64,000 nucleotides of DNA, from positions 4,366 through 68,365 of the forward strand of contig CAZXXZ010000009.1 in the NCBI GenBank assembly GCA_964644505.1. Direction: 5' to 3'. This document shows, piece after piece, positions 54,564 to 63,246 of this stretch; the stretch's first letter is position 1; each line of letters begins with the position of its first letter. The notes beneath the pieces were generated by a model. It made no database searches and was not told the origin of the DNA. It was given only the letters and a program-made list of their open reading frames with translations. The position numbers and the translations under genes are program-made. This DNA comes from an uncultured Treponemataceae bacterium. GTDB taxonomy: Bacteria > Spirochaetota > Spirochaetia > Treponematales > Rectinemataceae.

Positions 54564-55850
54564 ATGGGCAGTACCGCAGTCAAAAAGATCTTCGACGCGC
54601 ACACGCGCGACAGGCTCGAGGGAGGGGTCCGCGTACTCTCGTTGGACGCCGTCTTCTGCCACGAGATCACCACCCCGATCGGAATCGACGACCTCGCCTC
54701 CCGGGGCCTCGACCGGGTCTTCGATCCCGATCGCATAAAGGCGGTGATCGATCACGTCACCCCGGCCAAGGATTCGCTGACTGCCGAACAGGGCAAGGCG
54801 CTCCGCCTCTGGTGCCGCCGGCACGGCATCAAGGACTTTTTCGACATCGGGCGAAACGGCGTCTGTCACGCCATATTCCCCGAAAAAGGATTCGTCCGTC
54901 CCGGCTACACCATCATCATGGGGGATTCCCACACCTGCACCCACGGAGCCTTCGGAGCCTTCGCAGCGGGCGTCGGCACAACCGACCTCGAGGTGGGCAT
55001 CCTCAAAGGGGTCTGCGCCTTCCGCGAGACCGAGACCATCAGGGTCCAGGTCGAAGGCGCGCTCAAACCCGGCGTCTTCGCGAAGGACCTCATCCTCGCC
55101 CTCATCGCCGAGCTCGGCGTCGACGGTGCGACCGACCGCGTCCTCGAGTTCGGCGGCCCCGTTGTCGACGCGCTTTCCATGGAAGGCCGCATGACGCTCT
55201 GCAACATGGCGGTCGAGGCGGGGGCGACCTCGGGCATGTGCGCCCCGGACATGACGACGGTCGAGTACCTCTGGCCCTTCATTAAAGACGAGTTCGCCTC
55301 GAAAGAAGCGGCCCTCACCGAGTATTCGCGCTGGAAAAGCGATCCCGATGCGACATACGAACGCACGCTCCGCATCGACGCATCGAAACTCGAGCCGCTC
55401 GCGACCGTCGGCTACAAGCCCGACCAGGTCAAGCCGATCCGCGAGCTCGCGGGGACCAGGGTCGATCAAGTGTATATCGGGAGCTGCACCAACGGACGAA
55501 TCGAAGACCTGCGGGCCGCTGCGGCGGTCTTAAAGGGGAAACGGATCGCCGACAGCGTCCGCGGCATCGTCAGCCCGGCGACGCCGGCCGTCTACGACCA
55601 GGCGCTCAAGGAAGGAATCATCCAGGTATTCATGGACTCGGGCTTCTGCGTGACCAATCCGACCTGCGGCGCCTGCCTGGGCATGTCCAACGGCGTCCTG
55701 GCCGCGGGCGAAGTCTGCGCCTCCACCACCAACCGCAACTTCAACGGCCGCATGGGCAGGGGCGGCATGGTCCACCTCATGAGCCCCGCATCGGCGGCCG
55801 CGGCGGCGATTGCGGGCTGCATCGCCCAGTCCCCCCTCTACCGAGGATAA
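54564..55850 (+). CDS. leuC: Aconitase-family dehydratase large subunit (3-isopropylmalate/homoaconitate dehydratase type)
   Basis: 428 aa. MGDSHT, GSCTNGR and CGACLG Fe-S ligand motifs. The symbol is given by family resemblance only. Confidence 0.8.
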   Translation: MGSTAVKKIFDAHTRDRLEGGVRVLSLDAVFCHEITTPIGIDDLASRGLDRVFDPDRIKAVIDHVTPAKDSLTAEQGKALRLWCRRHGIKDFFDIGRNGVCHAIFPEKGFVRPGYTIIMGDSHTCTHGAFGAFAAGVGTTDLEVGILKGVCAFRETETIRVQVEGALKPGVFAKDLILALIAELGVDGATDRVLEFGGPVVDALSMEGRMTLCNMAVEAGATSGMCAPDMTTVEYLWPFIKDEFASKEAALTEYSRWKSDPDATYERTLRIDASKLEPLATVGYKPDQVKPIRELAGTRVDQVYIGSCTNGRIEDLRAAAAVLKGKRIADSVRGIVSPATPAVYDQALKEGIIQVFMDSGFCVTNPTCGACLGMSNGVLAAGEVCASTTNRNFNGRMGRGGMVHLMSPASAAAAAIAGCIAQSPLYRG

Positions 55851-55860
55851 GGAGGATCAT

Positions 55861-56391
55861 GTGAAAAGCTTCGGCGGAAAGGTCCTTTTTCTGGACCGTG
55901 ACGATATCAACACGGACGAGATAATCCCGGCGAAATACCTCACCGTCTCGACCAAGCGCGACCTCGCGCCCCACCTCCTCGAGGATCTCAAGCTCGAGGG
56001 CTTCGACAGCTCGCGCGCCATCGCCGGCGTCAAAGCCGTCGTGACGCGATCGAATTTCGGCTGCGGTTCGAGCCGCGAACATGCGCCCTGGGCGCTCGAG
56101 GTCAACGGCATAAGCCTCGTCGTCGCCTCGGGCTTCGCGCGGATATTCCGGCAGAATATGTTCAATTGCGGCCTAATCGCGGCGCAGCTGCCGAAAAGCA
56201 CGATCGACGAGCTTTTCACGCGCTTCGCCGCATCGGGGGCCGTCGTCGAACTCGACTGGGGCAGGAAAGAACTCACATTCACAGGCGAATCGGGGCGGGG
56301 CGAACTCAAGGCGGCGCTCGAACTGGGGCGATTCGACCAGGCCCTCGTGGAAGCGGGCGGGTGGATCGACTACGCAAACGCGAAGTATTGA
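55861..56391 (+). CDS. leuD: Aconitase-family dehydratase small subunit
   Basis: GTG start at 55861 after AAGGAGGA. DINTDEIIPAKYL, NFGCGSSREHAPWAL motifs. Confidence 0.8.
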   Translation: MKSFGGKVLFLDRDDINTDEIIPAKYLTVSTKRDLAPHLLEDLKLEGFDSSRAIAGVKAVVTRSNFGCGSSREHAPWALEVNGISLVVASGFARIFRQNMFNCGLIAAQLPKSTIDELFTRFAASGAVVELDWGRKELTFTGESGRGELKAALELGRFDQALVEAGGWIDYANAKY

Positions 56392-56408
56392 GGGAATCGA
56401 ACCCGAGT

Positions 56409-56434
56409 GAAGCGCGGCCTCCGAAGGCCGCTTC
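56409..56434. terminator. Hairpin between convergent leuD-like and lrp-like genes (possible bidirectional terminator)
   Basis: GAAGCGCGGCC-tccg-AAGGCCGCTTC imperfect stem. No strong T tract. Confidence 0.4.
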
Positions 56435-56451
56435 GAGGCCCCTGTCCCCGC

Positions 56452-56886
56452 TTACACGAACTTGCCGTAGCTTTTGAGCATGATGAAACTTTCCGAGGCG
56501 AGGATGCCCTCGACGCTCGGCAGCTCCTCGGTGAGAAAGCGCACAAGGCCCTTGTTCGAGTCGAGAAGCACTTCCGCAATCAAATCATAACGGCCCGAGG
56601 CTATCGACACCGAGAGGACGTTCGCGAGGCGGGAGAGCTCTTCGGCCTTTTGATCGAGCAGCTTCGATTCGGCGACCCGGAGCGCGACGAGGACGAGCTG
56701 TTTGTTCTCCAGCACGTCCGGATTGATCAATGCCCGCACCTGGAGTATGCCCGCCTCCTTGAGCCGCTTGAGCCGCGTGCGCACCGTGCCTTCCGAGATC
56801 CCGAGCTCGCGCGCGATCGTATTGTTGGGGACATAGCCTTCTTTGAGGATCGAGATGATCTTCCAATCGGTTTCGTCGGGCTGCAT
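56452..56886 (-). CDS. Lrp/AsnC-family transcriptional regulator
   Basis: 144 aa from the internal ATG 56886. DWKIISILKEGYVPNNTIARELGISEGTVRTRLKRLKEAGIL HTH motif plus a RAM/ACT-like domain. Confidence 0.9.
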   Translation of the reverse strand: MQPDETDWKIISILKEGYVPNNTIARELGISEGTVRTRLKRLKEAGILQVRALINPDVLENKQLVLVALRVAESKLLDQKAEELSRLANVLSVSIASGRYDLIAEVLLDSNKGLVRFLTEELPSVEGILASESFIMLKSYGKFV

Positions 56887-57194
56887 CGGTTTACAGTAAT
56901 GTATCCCGCTCGGATCGCACAAGGCTGACACGCGGCCTATACGGATGTTCCTCGAAACTTGTCGGGGCTGAGCCACGTCTATCATTCTGTTCACTAATAA
57001 TGTACAGTGTACAAAATACCGTTTTGGAAAGCTCGAACAAGGTACAGAAGTCTCTACAAACCGGAACGGTTTCTATGGATCCAAGCTGATTCAACACTCA
57101 GAGGGTTTTGAAATTGGCTCGATCCCCTCTTGATTGTCTCGAAGAGCCTTGTGTGCTACTGTTCTTCCATCAAATAAAAATGAGGATCGGTCAT

Positions 57195-59834
57195 ATGCGA
57201 CTATCGCGCCGAGTTTTACGTAGCCTTTTTCTCGCCCTCTTCGCGCTGCACCTCGCGCTCGGCAGTTTTGCGGAGAGTCCCAAGCGTTCGGCGCTCGTCA
57301 TCGGCAACAGCGCATACCCCGAGGCCTCCACCCTCGCCTCTCCGGCATACGACGCGCGGGAGATATCGACCGCTCTTTCTTCTCTGGGTTTCGCCGTTCA
57401 GACATTGCTTGACGCCGATCTTTCCAGCATCGTAAACGCCGCCACTCTATTCGTCAGAGATTCGATCGATTCAGACATCCGATTGGTGTACTTCTCCGGA
57501 TACGCGGTCCAGTACGGCGGCGGCAACTGGCTTGTCCCCGCCGGCTCCGCAGTAAAGCCGACATGGAGCGCAAAAACCGAAGCCTTCTCCGCGGACAGTC
57601 TGTTTTCGAACATGAATGCTTCAAAAAAAGGACTGAGTATTTTCATCATCGACTCGAGCGGAGGAGGACCCTTTTCCGACCGAGCGGAGCGAGCCGGACT
57701 GGCGGCGATGAGCGCGGACAATTCGATCGTCGTTTTTTCTACGGCGAAGCAGGCGGCCTTGTCCCGAACCTCCCCCAACGAAGCGAATTCCTTCGCGAAG
57801 GCCATCGCCAAAGAAGTGCAGAAACCCGGCAAGAGCGTCCAAGAAGCTCTGCTGGCGGCCCTCGAGCGTTCGAGCGTCGACGGGCGTCAGCCCTGGTCGT
57901 CGATGACGACGCCCGAGTTGGTGTATTTCACGTCTCCGGAATCCGCCCTTCAGGCCGTCCTCGAGGCGAAAACCAAGGCCGAGTCGATGGTGAAGCAGCT
58001 CGACGGCAAAGTCGGGGAACTCAAAGCCCGTATCGGCGCCGAGAAAGACCAGACCCAGAAAAAAGCTCTCGAAGCCGAGTTGAAGGCCCAGTCGGATCTT
58101 CTCGCGCAAAAAAAACGGGAGTACGAGGAATACGGTACCGAGCATCAACGTCTCGTGAGCGCGGCCGAAGAACGTAAAAAAGAAGAGAGCGGCCTGACGG
58201 CGCTTGCGAAAGAGCAGGCCGAACGACTCGAATCCGTACAAAAACTGGCCGAACTCCGTCAGTGGGAGATTTCGAGTCTGATAGGAGGAGCGCAAACTAT
58301 CGATGCCTTTCTAAAGGCCATAGAAACTACTACGGCGAGCCGGACGGATATACGTCAGAGATTTCGCGCATCGCTCGAAACGTATAAAACCGCAATCGGG
58401 AATTTATACGAGAAAGGCATACGAGCTGCAGCCTCCTGGTCGAAGTACCCCTGGGAAAGCGACGAAGCATTCCGTCAGCGTTCGACCGACGAGAGAATCA
58501 GATTGACGTGCGAACGCCTTACGAGAGTCGCGGCCGTGGACAAAGGGGCTGATCTGCGCGAGCATGAACTCCTCGCTGCATTCGATGCGCTTTCCGAAAA
58601 AGCCTTCGACGGCCTTGAAAACGCGCGGATGAGCTACCGCGGCGATTCGGTGAACGTGCGAGTCGGAGCCTATGACGTCGCAAGCTCAAGCTATCCCATC
58701 ACCGTCACATCGACCGAGTCCGCCCTGCCTTTCACGGCGACACTGGTCTTCTCGATCGCCGGCGGCGGCGCCGAAGAACAAAGAAGCCGGTATCTCGAGT
58801 TCGAATCGCTAAAACAGGCGAAAGCGTTGTTTGCCGAAATCGACACATCGGTATCGCGCATTCCCGGACTCGGTTACGCGACCATAGTCGAAGAGGTTCG
58901 GGTCAAAGCCAAGACAGCCGACGGCGACCGCCTTGTCGTCTCGGAAACGCGCCCGAAACCAGTCGCGCGTTTCAAGGGCAGTTCGGATCGCGAGCGTCCG
59001 ACTCCCGTATCCTCCTGGATAAGCGTGGTGGGGGTCGGGACCGAGATCTCCGTCGACGGCGGCGAACGGAAAAAGCACCGCCTGTTCATCCCCGATCCGA
59101 AAAGCGGCAGTCACGTGGTGCGGGCGGTTCTCGACGACGGAAGTCTCATCGAGCGCCGCGTGGATCTCGAGGCCGGGGGCAGTGTTCTGGTCGAATTCCG
59201 TTTCGGACGATTCACCCTGCCCTGGCTGGCCTCGGGTTCGACGGTAAGTCTGCGGGGAGCGGCGGCGGACACCGAGCGGGAAACTCAATCGCTGTTCGCA
59301 TCTTCCACCGAGTTTGTCCGTGAATACAAACACAACAACGACGGGCCATTCAGATCCCCCCTCATACCCGAGGGCTCATACCGGATCAGTATACAAGGTG
59401 ATTTCGCGTATTCGACCCAACTCGAACTGCGCGCCTATACCGAGATCGAGCTGCCGGGGTATAAGAACAGCCTTCTAAAAAGCATGAACGAGCGGAAGGC
59501 CGGTCTTGAACGATCCATCGGCGGAAAGGCGACGAGAAAAAAAATCGGAATCGCGGCCCTCGGTGTCGGAGTCCTCGGCGCCGCGGGAGCGGTGGCGAGC
59601 TACTACCTCGGCGCCGCGGCCGCCGAGGACATAAGGACGGCGGTCGATACGCCGAGCGCCGAGGAAGCCCACAAACGATACGATTTTTACAGTGTACTCT
59701 TCCCCATCAGCCTGGGCCTCGGCGGCCTGGGACTCGGAACGGCGCCCTTCCTTCTTTGGTTAGGGCCGGATGAGGACAAGGTAAAAAAATCCATCGAGTC
59801 TCTCGACGCCCAAATAAAAGCCTTGGCGAAGTAG
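57195..59834 (+). CDS. Membrane-anchored caspase-fold (peptidase C14-like) protein with the His/Cys dyad replaced by Tyr/Ser, plus coiled coil, PEGA-like domains and C-terminal TM segments
   Basis: SALVIGNSAY...RLVYFSGYAVQ (Tyr codon at 57501-57503 where SGHG is expected) and IFIIDSSGGG (Ser codon at 57657-57659 where D[AS]C is expected). Signal peptide from MRLSRRVL. Two hydrophobic segments near the C-terminus. Alternative starts at 57108 and 57180. Confidence 0.8.
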   Translation: MRLSRRVLRSLFLALFALHLALGSFAESPKRSALVIGNSAYPEASTLASPAYDAREISTALSSLGFAVQTLLDADLSSIVNAATLFVRDSIDSDIRLVYFSGYAVQYGGGNWLVPAGSAVKPTWSAKTEAFSADSLFSNMNASKKGLSIFIIDSSGGGPFSDRAERAGLAAMSADNSIVVFSTAKQAALSRTSPNEANSFAKAIAKEVQKPGKSVQEALLAALERSSVDGRQPWSSMTTPELVYFTSPESALQAVLEAKTKAESMVKQLDGKVGELKARIGAEKDQTQKKALEAELKAQSDLLAQKKREYEEYGTEHQRLVSAAEERKKEESGLTALAKEQAERLESVQKLAELRQWEISSLIGGAQTIDAFLKAIETTTASRTDIRQRFRASLETYKTAIGNLYEKGIRAAASWSKYPWESDEAFRQRSTDERIRLTCERLTRVAAVDKGADLREHELLAAFDALSEKAFDGLENARMSYRGDSVNVRVGAYDVASSSYPITVTSTESALPFTATLVFSIAGGGAEEQRSRYLEFESLKQAKALFAEIDTSVSRIPGLGYATIVEEVRVKAKTADGDRLVVSETRPKPVARFKGSSDRERPTPVSSWISVVGVGTEISVDGGERKKHRLFIPDPKSGSHVVRAVLDDGSLIERRVDLEAGGSVLVEFRFGRFTLPWLASGSTVSLRGAAADTERETQSLFASSTEFVREYKHNNDGPFRSPLIPEGSYRISIQGDFAYSTQLELRAYTEIELPGYKNSLLKSMNERKAGLERSIGGKATRKKIGIAALGVGVLGAAGAVASYYLGAAAAEDIRTAVDTPSAEEAHKRYDFYSVLFPISLGLGGLGLGTAPFLLWLGPDEDKVKKSIESLDAQIKALAK

Positions 59835-59883
59835 GCTTTCTCCGATAGACTATAGGCAAAAGTATAAAAGGACATGGTCCACT

Positions 59884-62800
59884 ATGAGAAAAAGTGTTGT
59901 CTTCTCTCTATCCGGGATTCCGGTCTTTCCGTGTATTCCACTCGCCGCCGCGCTCCTCGTCGCTGTGCTCTGGCTGCCTTCGTGCGATATCTGGGGCGGC
60001 ATCGACAATCCCGTCGATCCCAGGTCGCCGAACTATCAAGGATACCCGACCGTTTCGGGCATCGACAGCATCTACCCCTATACACCGGCCGATGGATCTT
60101 CGCATTTCTGGGTCCCCACCCTCGTCGCCGCCGAGGTGAAGGACGCAACGCACTACGAGTTCCAGATCGACTCTGAGCCGACAAGCACTTCGAATACGAA
60201 CACGTACACATTCTCCTCGTGGCAGCCCTCTGCCGGCGTTCATAGCTGGAGGGTGCGCGCCGGACGGGGCACTAATGATTTTGGACCCTGGTCATCCTCC
60301 GCCGCGTTCGTGATGTCGGCCGTGAATCTCCAGATTTCAAGTCCTGCCGACAAGGCTCTTATCTCCAGCGTCAATCAGCAGCGCTTCGACTGGCCCGACA
60401 TCGCGGAAGCAGATCAATACATGTTTCAAATATCGGAAGACCAATCATTCACTCAACCTTCTACCGAGACCATATCCACTGTCATCTCGGAATACAGCCG
60501 CTCATGGAGCACTCAAGATATCGGAAAGACTTTTTATTGGAGAGTCTGCGCACACAGGGGGGGGAAAGACGAGCCTGTGGAGTTCCTATACCACTCCCCG
60601 CGAGCTCAGGATCACGCCGCTCAACGTTACCATCGGCAATCCGACACACCAGTATGCGAACTCGAACGGCACCGTGTCCTTCACCGTCACCTATTCAAAC
60701 GCCTCCAGAATTGATCTTAGGAATAGTAATATAACTCTAAACACGAGCGGGCCGAGTTGCGACATTTCCGTAAGCGGTACAGGTGCATCCACAAGGACCG
60801 TCACTCTGTCGAATTTCAGCGGAAACGGGGAACTGGGCATTTCGATCGCTCCTTCGACCGCCTTCGACGAGGCCGGCAACCCTGCCCCCGCAGCCGGACC
60901 CTCGGCGACCTTTCTCGTCGACACGCAAGCTCCTGCGTTCTCGAGTGTCTCGATCACTTCGGATAGCGGCGGGAATTACGCGCGGAACGGCAGCATGATC
61001 ACACTCGCGTTCACAGTCCTTGAATCGGGATCGGGATTGTCAGGCCCGCCGCTTGTTCGTATCGGTGGTCAATCCGCACAGGTACAGGTAAGCGGAACCC
61101 TTCCAAATTACACTGCATCTCTCCTTCTGTCGGGCACTTCAGTTTTGGAGGGGAATCTCAGCTATTCGATCGAAGCATCCGATCGGGCGGGAAACACCGC
61201 ATCGACCGGTACACTTTCATCATCGATTGTCTACGACCGCAGCCCTCCGAGCATCACGATCGACGCGATCACATCGAGTCGAGGCGGCCACTACGCAGCC
61301 AACGGCGATACGGTGACCGTCGCCTTCTCGGTCAACGACCCGGGCCCTTCCGGTCACGCGGCGCCGCAGGCGACGATCGGCGGTCAAAGCGCGACCGTCG
61401 GCGGATCATACCCGAATTACAGCGCGTCGATTCAGCTTTCCGGCACGACACTGCCCGAGGGCCCGCTCTCGTATTCGATCACCGCCCAGGACAACGCCGG
61501 CAACACATCCTCGTCGAGCGGGAACACCGGCATCACGTACGATCGGACGGGGCCGCAGATAAGCGTCTTTTCGCTTGCGACGCCGACGCCGACCAACAGC
61601 ACCGCCGCCCGGGTGAACGTGGCGGCTACCGACTCATACTGTACCGTGGCGAGTTATACGATTATTACAGGAAGCAGCGTTTCGATCGGAGGAAGCAGGA
61701 GCGATGCCGGCGCGATCGACATAACCCTCACGCCGGAAGAGGGCGGCAAGTCCATCACCCTCACCGTCGCCGACGCATTGGGCAATACGACGACCCAGAC
61801 CCTGAGCAACGCGGTCGTACTCGATCTGACCGGTCCGGTGATCGACAGCTTCACCCTCCCCCTCGCCGTGAACACAAGAAGCATGAGCGCAGGCATCGGC
61901 ACTTCGATCGTCGCGCACGACGCGAGAAGCTCGGTAGCGAGCTATACGATCGCCGGAGAGGGCGTTCAAACGCCCGTGAGCGCCGCATCGGGGACGATCT
62001 ATTTCACGCTCACCGAACAAGAAAACGAAAACAAAAGCGTCGAGCTTTGCGTTTACGACGCTGCCGGTAATCATACTACTGTCGCACGTTCGGTTTTCTA
62101 CGACCGCTTGCCTCCCGTGATCAGCGATGTCACCGCGTCGACGAGCGGCAATCCGGGCTGGATCAGAGTCGGCCAGATCCTGACGATCCGCTTCAACGTG
62201 TCGGGCACCGGGAGCGCCATCGCCGGCCTTCCGACCGCGACCATTGCCGGACATTCCGTCACCTCGTCCTATGTCAGCGGTTCGGAATACAGGGCGAGTT
62301 ATACAATGAACGGGACGGAAGCCGAAGGCGACGTGTACTATACGATCAACGCAGTCGACGCCGCGGGCAACAGCGTTACCAGCGCTTCGGCGAACTCGAA
62401 TATCAACTTTGATAAAACAGCTCCGAGCTTTACGATCAGCCAGCCCTCGCATACGCTGGTCAGGGCGGGCGAATCGGTGGATTTCAATGTCGTGTACACA
62501 GATGCGTCCGCAACCATCTCTTTGGGACTACAGGATATTTCATTGACCAGGACCGGCTCGGCGACGGGGACGATCGAGTTCACGACTTCCGGCCCCAGCG
62601 TCCGCCTGATCACGATCAGTTCGATATCGGGGAACGGCAGCCTCGGTATTCACATCGCCTCCGGCACAGCGACCGATCCGGCCGGAAACAGCGCCGCGGC
62701 GCAGAGTTCGGCGAGTTTCATCGTGGATTCGACCCCGCCCGAGATTTCGCTCTCCCCCTCGGCGCCTACAGCCGACTATTACAGCCCGAGCCAGACGAGA

Positions 62801-63112
62801 CTACGGTTTTCATTCACCGAATCGGTCGGCGTCGCGGAGCTCAGATACTGGATCGGGTCTCAAGCCGAGCCCTCTTCGGGTTTCATCGATTATCCCTTGA
62901 ACGGGATCCAGTCCGGATCGGTCGACATCTATGTAAATGTCGCCACGACAGACAGCGCCTTCTCGTTCAGGCTCATCGATTCAGCAGGCAACAAGGGGAC
63001 GGCCTACGGCTTCGAGTACAACGGTTCGGCCTGGGTCTTCAATTCGACGCCGCGTTCGTTGAATCTCTCCGGCAGAACGCGCGCTCTCGTGATTCCGATG
63101 TCCTCACAATGA
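59884..63112 (+). pseudogene. Large surface lipoprotein with Fn3-like and tandem Ig-like repeats, interrupted by a frameshift in a G8 tract (phase-variable, or a sequencing error)
   Basis: Track ORFs 59884-60714 and 60674-63112 are one gene. After the G8 tract the first frame turns into low-complexity nonsense. The other frame continues the conserved repeat pattern: ...FYWRVCAHRGGK|TSLWSSYTTPRELRITPLNVTIG..., compare the upstream unit HSWRVRAGRGTNDFGPWSSSAAF. Lipobox LPSC. Confidence 0.75.
60557..60564. repeat. Poly-G homopolymer (G8) at the frameshift point
   Basis: Read directly: cacacaGGGGGGGGaaagac. Removing one G (or adding two) fuses the two reading frames. Confidence 0.9.
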
Positions 63113-63246
63113 CGGATACGGAAGGCTCATAAAAAGAGAGGCGGATCGTATCGATCAAGAACCTCTCTAGGAAAAGCCAAGGGAAACTCCGATTTTCCCT
63201 CTTCGAGGCTTTTAGCCTTTTCCGCCTTGCTCTATACTACGGCACT

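Noticed and set aside
59884-60714. Treating 59884-60714 and 60674-63112 as two separate overlapping genes
   Set aside because: The last roughly 50 codons of the first ORF are nonsense-like. The second frame, read upstream of its listed start, continues the conserved repeat motif back to the G8 tract. A single frameshifted gene explains both.
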